From Bdellovibrionales bacterium (GTDB lineage Bacteria; Bdellovibrionota; Bdellovibrionia; Bdellovibrionales; UBA840): a stretch of 30,179 nucleotides of DNA. The notes beneath the pieces are model-generated. The model did not search any database. It saw only the letters and a program-made list of their open reading frames with translations, and had not been told where the DNA came from. Position numbers and translations under genes: made by a program. The stretch's first letter is position 1; each line of letters begins with the position of its first letter. The stretch lies in the NCBI GenBank assembly GCA_037969075.1, contig JBBKWS010000036.1:1-30179 (forward strand), given 5' to 3'. Of this stretch, positions 7,947 to 17,546 are shown one piece after another.

Positions 7947-10853
7947 TGTATTTTCCACAACTAACTTAGGGTCCATAAATTGTTGTAAGTAATCAGGCCC
8001 ACCTGTTTTACTCCCTACACCTGACATTTTGTAACCACCAAATGGATGACGATCTACAAGAGCGGCGGTACTTCCTCTATTGATGTATAGATTCCCAGCT
8101 TCAAACTCTGTCTTAGCATAAGCAATATTTGCAGGAGACCTAGAGTAAACGGCACCAGTTAGTGCATACTCTGTATTGTTGGCTACTTTAATTGCTTCCT
8201 CGAAATTCTTTACTCTGATGATCGCTAGAACTGGCCCAAAAATTTCTTGTTGAGCAATGGCGGCATCAGGCTTAATATCTCCCAAGAGAGTCGGTGGAAC
8301 AAAGTAGCCTGTCGTAGGTACTGGGCCCTGGTACAGTAATTTACCTTCACCTTTACCGATATCTATCATGGATAAAATTTTATTTTTTGCCTCTTCACTA
8401 ATTACTGGCCCCATATAGCCAGTAGGATCTTCAGAAGGAGTAACTTTAACATTTTTCATGGATTCCATGATTCTTTCGATAAAACGATCATAGATTTCAT
8501 CAACGACAATCACTCTGCTACAAGCAGAACACTTTTGTCCTTGAAATCCGTAGGCTGAATATAATACGCCACCGATGGCTTCATCTAAATCAGCATCAGA
8601 ATCAATAACGATAGCATTCTTTCCGCCCATTTCAATTAAGCAGCGCTTTACCGATCTCTGTCCTGGTAGTGTTTTTCCGGATGCTTCAACAATTTTTAAG
8701 CCCACTTCTTTTGAGCCAGTAAAAGCAATAGTAGAGACTAAGGCATGGTTTACTAAAAATTCACCAATTTCTTCACCGTATCCAGGTAAAAAGTGTATCA
8801 CTCCAGGTGGAAAGCCAACTTGTTGAATCATTTCCATTAAAACAGCTGCAATGATTGAACTGTCTTCGGCGGGTTTCATAATCACAGTGTTGCCGGTTAC
8901 AGCAGCCGCTGCCACCATTCCGGCAAGAATAGCTAATGGAAAATTCCATGGAGCAATGACAACGCAAACTCCTCTGGATTGATATTGGTATAAACTTATT
9001 TCACCCGGGGCATGCCCCATCTTGCGAGCTTGCTGTAATCGGCGCATATCATTTGCGTAGTACTTACAAAAATCAATGGCTTCGCAAACATCGCCGTCAG
9101 AATCTTTCCAACTCTTACCCACTTCGCGCACCATAAGGGCTATAAGTTCATATTTTCTTTCTATCATTTTATCGGCGAGTTTTTCTAAAAGTACGCAACG
9201 CTCTTCTACCGGCACTCTTCGCCATTTTGGCCAAAAATCATTAGCCACTTTTACAGCTTCATCAGCTTCAACCGTTGATGCTACATAGACGGAGCCAACG
9301 GTTTCATTGGTATGAGAAGGGTTAATACTGGCTATTTGTCTCTCGGTAGTAATATTTTTTCCGTTAATGATAATAGGAAATGTTTTTTGATACATGGTTT
9401 TAGATTTTGCGAGCGCCTCGTTTGTTTTTTTACGAACATGAGGAAAGGCAAAATCTAAGAAGGCTTCGTTTTGAAATTTTTCGTTAGACTTTAATTCAGC
9501 AGAGGACTCTTGCATATAATCTTTTGGATCACGTAGTAATTTCTCAGAAGATTCGCCTTCTGCAAATTTTGATCGCAAAAATGATTCATTCGAAGTGTTT
9601 TCTAAAAGTCTTCTAACTAAATAAGCCATGCCAGGTATTAATTCTCCGATGGGGGCGTATACTCGAACTCGGTAGCCCATGGAGGATAATGATTTTTTAA
9701 AGGCATCAGCCATTCCAAATAGCATTTGAATTTCGAAAGCATTCTTTGGAATATTATTATTTTCAGCATGTACAATGGCTGCTGAAATAGAACGAACATT
9801 GTGTGAAGCAATAGCAAGATGTACATGCTTATAATTGTCTAATAAGGTTTTGGCGCAATTTTCATAATTGGCATCGCACTCAGCCTTATTTGTATAAACA
9901 GGATATGGCCAGCGACGCTGTTCACTTTCTACTGTTTCATAATCCCAATAAGCACCTTTTACCAGGCGAACAGTGATAGGTGTTTTACGTGCTTTGGCAA
10001 ATTGAATAAAGTCTTCTGTATCTTTAAGTGAGTCACGAAGATAGGCTTGAATTACTAATCCAAAATGAGGGTAGTCCATAAGTTCAGGCTCAGTAACCAA
10101 TTCTTTAAAGACTTCAAAAGTTAATTCTTTGAGTGCGTACTGCTCTAGATCCATATTAATAAAAATATTTCTTTCTTTCGCAATTTGTAATATTGGGCGA
10201 AGACGCTCTTTTAGCGCTTGTTTTGAGGTTTCCCACGCTTCTACTTTTATTTGCGAATAAAGTGCTGATAGTTTTACTGATACGTTTACCTTTGGAATTG
10301 GACCCAAATGATTTTCATCAATGAGTGGATTTACTTCCCACTTTTCAGACAAAGTATGTAGGCCTTGTAATAGCTCTATATAGCGAGTTTGATATTCAAG
10401 AGCCTCTTTTTCATTAAGACAAGCTTCGCCAAGAAGGTCTGCGGTAAAAGTAATATTTGTTTTTCTAAGTTTATCTAATCCATCAAATGCACTTTTAGAG
10501 TCCTCTCCAACGATAAACATTTTTGCCATTTGTGTGACATTTTTTTTTACAGTTCCAGCTAGTAAGCCAGGGGCCAGCGCCCCAATACCCGCGCCGAAGT
10601 TAAAGATAGAGGGCATTTTATCGCCAGATTCTGCAAAATATTCTTTCAAATGTTTTGCAATATCAGAGCTTTTATTTAAATACGGAAGCACATCAACAAA
10701 TCTAAACATTTGTGTTTTAAAATGCTCGTTACGCATACTCCATTCCATAACTTTTCCATACCACCAGTCTTTATTAAACAGGCCGATACCTTCAGTAGAA
10801 ATATTTTGGAATATCTGTAGTCCTTTGCTTTCAATGTCTTTTTGCAAATCCAT
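7890..10853 (-). CDS. putA: Bifunctional proline dehydrogenase / P5C dehydrogenase (short PutA, no DNA-binding domain)
   Basis: DLLGE, SVKLS, RLVKGAYWD, YLVRRLLEN (PRODH); PWNFP, FTGS, EMGGKN, GQKCSAC, EIFGP (ALDH); AAGGA RBS. Confidence 0.96.
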   Translation of the reverse strand: MDLQKDIESKGLQIFQNISTEGIGLFNKDWWYGKVMEWSMRNEHFKTQMFRFVDVLPYLNKSSDIAKHLKEYFAESGDKMPSIFNFGAGIGALAPGLLAGTVKKNVTQMAKMFIVGEDSKSAFDGLDKLRKTNITFTADLLGEACLNEKEALEYQTRYIELLQGLHTLSEKWEVNPLIDENHLGPIPKVNVSVKLSALYSQIKVEAWETSKQALKERLRPILQIAKERNIFINMDLEQYALKELTFEVFKELVTEPELMDYPHFGLVIQAYLRDSLKDTEDFIQFAKARKTPITVRLVKGAYWDYETVESEQRRWPYPVYTNKAECDANYENCAKTLLDNYKHVHLAIASHNVRSISAAIVHAENNNIPKNAFEIQMLFGMADAFKKSLSSMGYRVRVYAPIGELIPGMAYLVRRLLENTSNESFLRSKFAEGESSEKLLRDPKDYMQESSAELKSNEKFQNEAFLDFAFPHVRKKTNEALAKSKTMYQKTFPIIINGKNITTERQIASINPSHTNETVGSVYVASTVEADEAVKVANDFWPKWRRVPVEERCVLLEKLADKMIERKYELIALMVREVGKSWKDSDGDVCEAIDFCKYYANDMRRLQQARKMGHAPGEISLYQYQSRGVCVVIAPWNFPLAILAGMVAAAAVTGNTVIMKPAEDSSIIAAVLMEMIQQVGFPPGVIHFLPGYGEEIGEFLVNHALVSTIAFTGSKEVGLKIVEASGKTLPGQRSVKRCLIEMGGKNAIVIDSDADLDEAIGGVLYSAYGFQGQKCSACSRVIVVDEIYDRFIERIMESMKNVKVTPSEDPTGYMGPVISEEAKNKILSMIDIGKGEGKLLYQGPVPTTGYFVPPTLLGDIKPDAAIAQQEIFGPVLAIIRVKNFEEAIKVANNTEYALTGAVYSRSPANIAYAKTEFEAGNLYINRGSTAALVDRHPFGGYKMSGVGSKTGGPDYLQQFMDPKLVVENTLRRGFAPSEKVVDFSDGL

Positions 10854-10971
10854 CAAGTCTTCCTTTTGTCATTTGACGCATTTTTGGAGTCTGGATAATG
10901 TACAAGCTTTGATCGCAAATCAATAGGGGACTCAACGCGCTATATTAAGGCCAAAAGAGCCAAAGAAAGCC

Positions 10972-11000
10972 TTCTCAACAATAAGCTTTTTCATTACTCT
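10972..11000 (+). promoter_or_regulatory. Putative sigma70 promoter of hslO, leaderless-type
   Basis: TTCTCA-N17-TACTCT-N7-ATG(11008); no RBS. Confidence 0.5.
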
Positions 11001-11007
11001 CTATTTT

Positions 11008-11916
11008 ATGGGTACTAGTGTTCAAAAAGCAGAAAAAGTTCACAGATTTTTGTCGAAAGACGGGCTTATACGGGTTTCGTCGGTTATTGCTCCTGATTTA
11101 ATCTTAGAAATGCAAAAAATTAATGCAATGTCACCTTTGGCAGTGATTGCCGCTGGTCGTGCGACAGTTGGCTGCATATTATTAGCCAGTCATCAAAAAG
11201 ATGATCGAGTTTCATTGATGTTTGATGGAAATGGCCCAATTGGTAAGATGTTTGTTGAATCAAGTTACGATGGGAAGACCAGGGCCTATGTTTCAAACCC
11301 TGCCGTACATTTAGATTTTAAAGACGATAAGTTTGATGTTAGCGGCGCCGTGGGGATTGGTCTTTTGCATGTTACACAAATTTCAAAAATGCAAAAGACT
11401 CCGTACCGCGGAACTGTAATTATTAAGACTGGTGAGGTGGGGTCAGATATTGCATTTTATCTAGAGCAATCACATCAGATTCCATCGATTGTAGCTCTTG
11501 GTGTGTCAGTGGATAAAAATGGCATGGTTAATAGTGCAGGTGGAGTTTTAGTTGAGTTAATGCCAGGACACACAGATGCTACAATTACCAAACTCGAAAA
11601 AAATGTGGCCAATGCAAGAAGTGTATCAGATATGCTTGCGGCTGGTTTGACAGCCAAGCTGTTAGTGAAAGAATATCTTGGAGATATAGAAGTGGATGAA
11701 ATCTCACATGACTACGAACTTTCATATTCTTGTTCATGTAGTGAAGATAGGGTGAAAAATTCTCTAATGTTACTTGGTGAAGCTGAAGTAGAAGAATTAA
11801 GTAAAACAGAGGAGCCAACAGAAATGCGTTGTGATTTTTGTGGTAAGAAGTATTATTTTTCAAGTATTGAATTATTAGATCTTATTAAAGATATACAAAA
11901 AAAGGCGATGCACTAA
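11008..11916 (+). CDS. hslO: Hsp33 redox-regulated chaperone
   Basis: GNGPIG, YLEQSHQIPS, AGGVLVELMPG, zinc motif CSCS...CDFC. Confidence 0.95.
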   Translation: MGTSVQKAEKVHRFLSKDGLIRVSSVIAPDLILEMQKINAMSPLAVIAAGRATVGCILLASHQKDDRVSLMFDGNGPIGKMFVESSYDGKTRAYVSNPAVHLDFKDDKFDVSGAVGIGLLHVTQISKMQKTPYRGTVIIKTGEVGSDIAFYLEQSHQIPSIVALGVSVDKNGMVNSAGGVLVELMPGHTDATITKLEKNVANARSVSDMLAAGLTAKLLVKEYLGDIEVDEISHDYELSYSCSCSEDRVKNSLMLLGEAEVEELSKTEEPTEMRCDFCGKKYYFSSIELLDLIKDIQKKAMH

Positions 11917-12968
11917 TGTCAAAAGCTAAAGTAAATGCACTTTTAAGATTATTTATAGTGATCCTTCTTACTCTGAGTGTTGTAGTGCTTATTTCTCCGT
12001 TTATATTGTCCCTTGCTATAGGTGGAATCTTATCTGTAGTAGTATTTCCATTATATATGCTGATGATTCATAAAAAATGGAATCCATATGTTGCTGCATT
12101 TATTACTGTAGTCGTATTTAATTTATTGTTTTTAGTCCCTACTACTGTGGTGGCACTAAAGGGAGCGGCCGCAACATTTAAATACGTCAGCAATACACTT
12201 ACGGATAAAGCTGCAGTTAATGAGATAGTAAGCGATGAAAAAACCAAGCTAGAAAAAGCACAGGTAAGCGTTAATAAATACACAAGAAACTTAGGGATAA
12301 GTGTACCTAATTTAGCTGAATTAACTAAAAATGCGACGACTACTGTTGGAGGTTTTTTAGTAGACACGATTAAAAAATTATTCTCTCAAATACCTGAGTT
12401 GTTTTTAGGTTTATTTATTATTACTCTCGCCATGTTTTTTAGTTTAGTAGAGCATCAGAAAATTCGAGAAAAAATTTTAGACTATTGCCTTTTAGAAAGA
12501 GCTAGAGGAGAAAGATTGATTCGGGCTATTTTGATAGCTTGTAAATCAGTGATATTAGCGAATTTAATTGCCGGAGGTATTCAGGCGTTGATAGTTGCTA
12601 CTGGGGCATATTTTACGGGTACAGGTGACTTTTTTATTATTATTTTTGTGACGTTTGTTTTCTCTTTTATACCAGTAGTTGGTGCAGCCCCTGTGGCTTT
12701 CGTACTGGCGAGTCTTGCGGGACTTAGTCATAACTATAGCGCTGCGGTTATTATGGCTGTAGTTGGAGTTGTTGCTGGAATTTCAGATAACTTTATTAGG
12801 CCTATGATTTTAAGCGAAGCGGCCGAGACCCACGCTCTTTTAAACCTATTAACGATCTTAGGTGGGATTATACTTTTTGGTTTACCTGGTCTATTTATTG
12901 GTCCTCTAATATTAAGTTTAGCTGTAAGCTGTACACCGATTTATAGAGAAGAAATCGATAAGTCTTAG
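11916..12968 (+). CDS. AI-2E family transporter
   Basis: Multi-TM; FIPVVG, DNFIRP, GGIILFGLPGLFIGP; TAATG coupling to hslO. Confidence 0.92.
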   Translation: MSKAKVNALLRLFIVILLTLSVVVLISPFILSLAIGGILSVVVFPLYMLMIHKKWNPYVAAFITVVVFNLLFLVPTTVVALKGAAATFKYVSNTLTDKAAVNEIVSDEKTKLEKAQVSVNKYTRNLGISVPNLAELTKNATTTVGGFLVDTIKKLFSQIPELFLGLFIITLAMFFSLVEHQKIREKILDYCLLERARGERLIRAILIACKSVILANLIAGGIQALIVATGAYFTGTGDFFIIIFVTFVFSFIPVVGAAPVAFVLASLAGLSHNYSAAVIMAVVGVVAGISDNFIRPMILSEAAETHALLNLLTILGGIILFGLPGLFIGPLILSLAVSCTPIYREEIDKS

Positions 12969-13182
12969 CGGATTGTCTTCCATATAAGACTAGTAAGTAA
13001 TAAATAGCCGGGATCTTTCTTTTTTAGTGGGTTAAGTAGATAGCTTTTAGACATTCTTATAAAAACTTCAAAGTTTTACGCTAACCTCCAAAATAACTGA
13101 ATTTATGGCATACTCCCATATCTATATTTTACTTTAAGAGTAGAGATTAAAAGTTATAGCCAATGGAGTATGTAAAACTACT

Positions 13183-13449
13183 ATGATTCACGTAAAACAT
13201 ATTTTAGTAAAGCAGCAATATGAAATGGATGATTTACTAAAAAAAATTGATGAAGGAATGAGCTTTGAGGAGGTTGCAAAAAAGTTTTCTATTTGCCCCT
13301 CTAGTCGTAGTGGTGGTGATTTGGGTTTTATCAGTAAGGGACAGACAGTAGAGGAGTTTGAAAAAATTGCCTTTACACTGGAGATTGGAGATGTGTCAAA
13401 ATCGTTGAGAACCTCATTTGGATTTCATATTATTATGAGGGTTGAGTAA
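13183..13449 (+). CDS. ppiC: Parvulin-type peptidyl-prolyl isomerase
   Basis: HILVK, FEEVAKKFSICPS, GGDLG, FGFHII; 88 aa. Confidence 0.92.
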   Translation: MIHVKHILVKQQYEMDDLLKKIDEGMSFEEVAKKFSICPSSRSGGDLGFISKGQTVEEFEKIAFTLEIGDVSKSLRTSFGFHIIMRVE

Positions 13450-14315
13450 TGTTTTTTTTACTGCTTTCGATTGGATTTTCTTCATCGAGTTTTTCAATCC
13501 CAAGTCTACCAGTACCAAACTGTGAACTTGGATCATATTTGCAACCCATAATCATTATTGGTGAGACGCACTTCACTTCAGACGCTTTGGAAGTTCGTGA
13601 GTATGTGGAGAGGGAGTTGTATGAAACCAATAAAATTCATTTTTTAGTTGAGGAATCTAGTTTAAAAGGCGCACGCTTTTTAGACCAACCTATTCTAAGA
13701 TTGTACTTGCATGTCAACGAGCTGATTCGTGGCCTAAAAGAAGAGACTTCAAGGTTTGTAGCAATACAATGGGTAAACACACTTAGTGAGTTTCAGCAAA
13801 TTCCACATCTGTTATCGGTAAATAATAAAACTGCAGATGAGCAAGTGGTAGAGACTTATTTCAAAAAGATGAGTTTGAGTCTTACAAAGAGAAATGCTAA
13901 GTATAAGGTAAATGATATTCAATTGTTTATAGCTAATAATAAGTCAGTAGTTAAGACATACACTTTAAAACTTTTTTTGCAGATGAGTCTATATGCTTAC
14001 AATATATATCCATTTGATCTAAATCCAGTACCTCTTTACAGCGACGACATTAAATTAGAGGACATCAAATTTAGCGATTTAAAAAATGCTTTTATAGGGC
14101 TGGATCATGCGCGTGAGGCATATATGACTCAAAAAATATTTGATTATGCGTGCTCATCTACAGACAGATTAAAACCTATCGTAATCATTGTTGGAAGTGA
14201 ACATGCGGGAAAAATAAAAGAGTTTTTAATCCAAGCAATGCCAAATCTAGATATAAGTGTTTATGATGGACTTGTTACATTCTTTTTAAAAAAGCGGTTG
14301 AGATCTATTCATTAA
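13449..14315 (+). CDS. Secreted hypothetical protein, TraB/TIKI/EreA-ChaN-like fold
   Basis: Signal-like N-terminus; IIIIGETH, FLVEE, AREAYM, IVIIVGSEH. Confidence 0.6.
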   Translation: MFFLLLSIGFSSSSFSIPSLPVPNCELGSYLQPIIIIGETHFTSDALEVREYVERELYETNKIHFLVEESSLKGARFLDQPILRLYLHVNELIRGLKEETSRFVAIQWVNTLSEFQQIPHLLSVNNKTADEQVVETYFKKMSLSLTKRNAKYKVNDIQLFIANNKSVVKTYTLKLFLQMSLYAYNIYPFDLNPVPLYSDDIKLEDIKFSDLKNAFIGLDHAREAYMTQKIFDYACSSTDRLKPIVIIVGSEHAGKIKEFLIQAMPNLDISVYDGLVTFFLKKRLRSIH

Positions 14316-15028
14316 ATTTGCTGTGACAACCATACGGGGTCATCTACGGCAATATCATGTCCCGCACTGGGATGAATACGAATCTCAGCTTTTAATCTTT
14401 TTGCCAAGCGCTTAGAGCAGTTTACCGAAACCATATGATCATTTTCGGAAGCTAGTACTATAGTGGGAGTCTTAATCATTTTAGGAGCTCTATATATTGT
14501 GGCTGCTGTCAACTGTCTGATGACTGTATCAGTTGTGTAGGGGCTACTTTTAGCAATCTCTTCCCATTCATTTAATAGATTAGGCATTTTATCAAAGGTG
14601 TTTGTGGTCATTTCAAGAATGATGCGCTCGCGCTTTCTTACATCTTTTTCTGTACTGATCTGCAAGCATTGTTTCATTGCCTTAGGTAGCATTCTTTCCC
14701 ACGGCGCACCAATATTGGAAGCACTTGCATTGATCAATACTAATTTAATAAAATCAGCTGGGTGTTTTTCGCACCAATCCAGCGCTAACATTCCTCCCAG
14801 AGAGATTGCTATAAGGCAGTATGGGCCTGGCTGTTTTTTTTCAATATACTGGTGACGCAATTTTTTTACTGCTTTCTGAATAGTCCATGGAAACTCTAAG
14901 TCAGCATTTTCACCGACTCCTGGCAAATCAAGGCATAGTACATTGTGTCCGGCATCTGTGAGGATATTTAAAAACTCACCCCAATGTCGTTTTTCTCTAA
15001 CAAGTCCTCTTAACAACAAAATATTCAT
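14312..15028 (-). CDS. Alpha/beta hydrolase
   Basis: LLRGLVRE, DLPGVG, AISLGG nucleophile, END, AGHD; GGAG RBS. Confidence 0.9.
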   Translation of the reverse strand: MNILLLRGLVREKRHWGEFLNILTDAGHNVLCLDLPGVGENADLEFPWTIQKAVKKLRHQYIEKKQPGPYCLIAISLGGMLALDWCEKHPADFIKLVLINASASNIGAPWERMLPKAMKQCLQISTEKDVRKRERIILEMTTNTFDKMPNLLNEWEEIAKSSPYTTDTVIRQLTAATIYRAPKMIKTPTIVLASENDHMVSVNCSKRLAKRLKAEIRIHPSAGHDIAVDDPVWLSQQI

Positions 15029-15093
15029 TGGCTACTCCAAGATCTAAAACTCCAAATATTGTAAAGTGCTTTTAGTAAATCAGCAATTAAAGT

Positions 15094-15121
15094 TTGTCCC
15101 GAACCTTCAATCTGCTATGCT
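15094..15121 (+). promoter_or_regulatory. Putative extended -10 promoter of arfB, leaderless-type
   Basis: TTGTCC-N16-TATGCT with TG extension, N7, ATG 15129. Confidence 0.45.
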
Positions 15122-15128
15122 ATCTATT

Positions 15129-15530
15129 ATGAAAGCCATTCCTGAATATGAACTACAATTTGAATACACTAGGAGTCGTGGTCCAGGTGGACAACATGTC
15201 AACAAGACGAATTCGGCTGTAATTCTTAGATGGTACCCAATGCTATCATCCATACTTACGAATACTGAAAAAGAGCGATTGGCACTAAAGTGGGGTGCTA
15301 AGCTAACAGTCGATGGTGATATAATAGTTAGAGTAGAAGACTTTAGGGAGCAGGAAAAAAATAAGAAGCTAGCGGTTAAGCGTCTACACCTTCTTTTAGA
15401 AGAAGGTTTGCGTATTCCTAAAAAGCGGGTTTCGACAAAGCCTAGTTACTCTCAAAAACAAAAGCGGCTAACGTCTAAGCGTCATAGATCAGATGTTAAA
15501 AAGGGGCGAAGTAAAAACATTAAAGATTGA
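15129..15530 (+). CDS. arfB: Alternative ribosome rescue peptidyl-tRNA hydrolase ArfB
   Basis: SRGPGGQHVNK, REQEKNK, basic C-terminal tail; ATG 15129 preferred over GTG 15066. Confidence 0.93.
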   Translation: MKAIPEYELQFEYTRSRGPGGQHVNKTNSAVILRWYPMLSSILTNTEKERLALKWGAKLTVDGDIIVRVEDFREQEKNKKLAVKRLHLLLEEGLRIPKKRVSTKPSYSQKQKRLTSKRHRSDVKKGRSKNIKD

Positions 15531-15635
15531 ATGCTAAACATAGTGCCTAATTACTGTGCTACTTCTAAAATTTAGGAGAAAGTCTTGACCCTCGCAGAGA
15601 ATCGTTTTCTTCTATAGCCCTATAAAGGAGAATTT

Positions 15636-16328
15636 ATGAAGCGTTTAGGATTGGCGTTGTGCGTACTCTTATTAGGTGCGTGCGTATCAAACTCAAAGTA
15701 CCAAAAAGATTTAACAGGTAAGCAAAATGAAATCGATAGTTTGAACCGAGTGCAAACTGAGTTAAAGGCATCATTAGATGATGTTAAAAAAGCATATAAT
15801 GAAATGTTGGCTCGTCGTGCAGAAGAGCAAAAGCGTCTGCAGGAATTTAAAAATCTGACATCTAAGTTTCAACAATTAATTGATTCTGGAACTTTAAAAG
15901 TTAAAATTGTTGATGGTAAAATGGTTGTATCTCTAGGGAGTGACATACTTTTCTCATCAGGATCAGCGCAATTATCTGAAAAAGGTGCAGAGACTATAAA
16001 AGCAGTAGCTACAGAAATGGGATCTATTCAAGGTAGAGATTTTCAAATTGAAGGGCATACAGATAATATACCTATAAAATCAGAAAATTATACTAACTGG
16101 GATTTAGCAACAGCTAGAGCCTTATCTGTATTAAAAATCATGGTAAACAATGGTATGCCAAAAAATAAAATTAGTGCAGCAGGGTTTTCTGACACTAAAC
16201 CAATTGCAAATAATGCTACTAGCCAAGGGCGAGCGCAAAATCGTAGAATTGAAATCGTGATTGTTCCCGATTTGTCTACTCTGCCGGGGTATGAAGAATT
16301 AAAAAAGTTATCTGAAGGTAAGAAGTAA
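15636..16328 (+). CDS. OmpA/MotB-family peptidoglycan-binding lipoprotein with coiled coil
   Basis: Lipobox LGAC; heptad region; LFSSGSA, IEGHTD, NWDLATARA, NRRIEI; AAGGAG RBS. Confidence 0.9.
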   Translation: MKRLGLALCVLLLGACVSNSKYQKDLTGKQNEIDSLNRVQTELKASLDDVKKAYNEMLARRAEEQKRLQEFKNLTSKFQQLIDSGTLKVKIVDGKMVVSLGSDILFSSGSAQLSEKGAETIKAVATEMGSIQGRDFQIEGHTDNIPIKSENYTNWDLATARALSVLKIMVNNGMPKNKISAAGFSDTKPIANNATSQGRAQNRRIEIVIVPDLSTLPGYEELKKLSEGKK

Positions 16329-16334
16329 TCATTG

Positions 16335-16360
16335 AGGGCGGTAATAATGCCGCCTTTTTT
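16335..16360 (+). terminator. Rho-independent terminator
   Basis: GGCGGTA-ATAA-TGCCGCC hairpin followed by T6. Confidence 0.75.
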
Positions 16361-16465
16361 GTAGAGTTTTTTTTCACTTACAAAGTCTAGACAGAATTCT
16401 TAATAATTTCAGCAGCCCTTTCAATACAAATCCATAACTTAGCATAGATAAAACTAGACCGCCGC

Positions 16466-16482
16466 TTGGTATGGCAATTGCT
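16466..16482 (+). promoter_or_regulatory. Putative sigma54 (-24/-12) promoter
   Basis: TTGGTATGGCAATTGCT, close match to YTGGCACGNNNNTTGCW. Confidence 0.7.
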
Positions 16483-16520
16483 TTATCTATATAGATATGA
16501 ACATTACAAACTATATCAAT

Positions 16521-17546
16521 ATGAGAATTTTCGGTGGCGCGGCATTAATGTTACTCAGCTTAGGTTGTAGTAAAGATGTTGCTTTTAGTAATGTAGCAAG
16601 AGAGCTTGTGGAACCACCAGCCGATCTATGCGAAACAGATTGCGGTCCTGATGCCGTGTTTGCAGAAGAAAACTTTGAGCAAAAAGAAACAAACTCAAAA
16701 GTCGATATTTTGTTTGTAGTTGATAACTCTCCATCGATGTATGAAGAGCAGAGAATGTTAGGCTCTAGATTTGGTTCATTTATTTCTGCGCTAAATACGG
16801 TAGATTGGCAAATGGCATTTACTACAACTGATGTAAGTAATGGTTCGTACGGTCTCAAAGGAAGTTTTTTAGATTTAGAAGGTCAAAACGGCATGAAAAT
16901 TTTGAATTATAAAAACAATAATGCCAATCAAGTCTTTGAAAAAACTATACAAAGAAAAGAATCTAATTGTACGTTCGTCTGCCCCTCAGTTGATGAGCAG
17001 GGTTTACTTGCTAGTATAATGGCGATGGATAAAAGTTTAACAGTAAATAAAGATTTTTTTAGAGATCAAACAGATTTAGCGATTATTTTTATCAGTGATG
17101 AGGATGAACTTAGCGATGGCCCAAGAGAGGCAACAAAGCCAGTTGAAGTGATCGATGCGTTTCGACAGCGCTGGGGTCAAACAAAAAGTCTTTCGGTATA
17201 TGGTTTAGTGATTCAGCCCGGAGACGCTGCTTGTCTTCGAGAAAAGCGTGATGAAGGAACTACGGCATATTATGGCACACATGTTAGTGACCTAGCGGCG
17301 CTGACGGGTGGAATTACTGGTAGCTTGTGTGAGAGAGATTACAGTAAAACATTAGCAGAAATTAGTAACCGAGTAAGAGATTTAGTTGATAGCTTTGAGT
17401 TGGCAAGTGTTCCTGTGGGACCTATTAAGGTAGAGCTGTCACCGGCACAACCTGAGTTAAGCTGGAGAGTTGATGGCAACAAGCTATATTTTTCTAAACC
17501 ACCAGTGTCGGGTACTAAAATCAAAGTTATATACCAAAAATCCTAA
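16521..17546 (+). CDS. VWA (MIDAS) domain lipoprotein, CglB-like
   Basis: Lipobox SLGC; VDILFVVDNSPSM (DxSxS), TTTD, FISDEDE; several Cys; ATG 16521 preferred (alternative 16497). Confidence 0.8.
   Translation: MRIFGGAALMLLSLGCSKDVAFSNVARELVEPPADLCETDCGPDAVFAEENFEQKETNSKVDILFVVDNSPSMYEEQRMLGSRFGSFISALNTVDWQMAFTTTDVSNGSYGLKGSFLDLEGQNGMKILNYKNNNANQVFEKTIQRKESNCTFVCPSVDEQGLLASIMAMDKSLTVNKDFFRDQTDLAIIFISDEDELSDGPREATKPVEVIDAFRQRWGQTKSLSVYGLVIQPGDAACLREKRDEGTTAYYGTHVSDLAALTGGITGSLCERDYSKTLAEISNRVRDLVDSFELASVPVGPIKVELSPAQPELSWRVDGNKLYFSKPPVSGTKIKVIYQKS

Noticed and set aside
8120..9345. RSPAN and RQIAS inside PutA
   Set aside because: Lie in the folded cytoplasmic ALDH domain; treated as chance hits and a caveat for the motif finding
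12965..13054. 29-aa minus ORF MSKSYLLNPLKKKDPGYLLLTSLIWKTIR
   Set aside because: No RBS at usable spacing and no recognisable features; cannot be supported
15585..15617. 10-codon TTG uORF after AGGAG upstream of the OmpA/MotB gene
   Set aside because: Very short, weak start, and the predicted TSS (~15578) would clip the RBS
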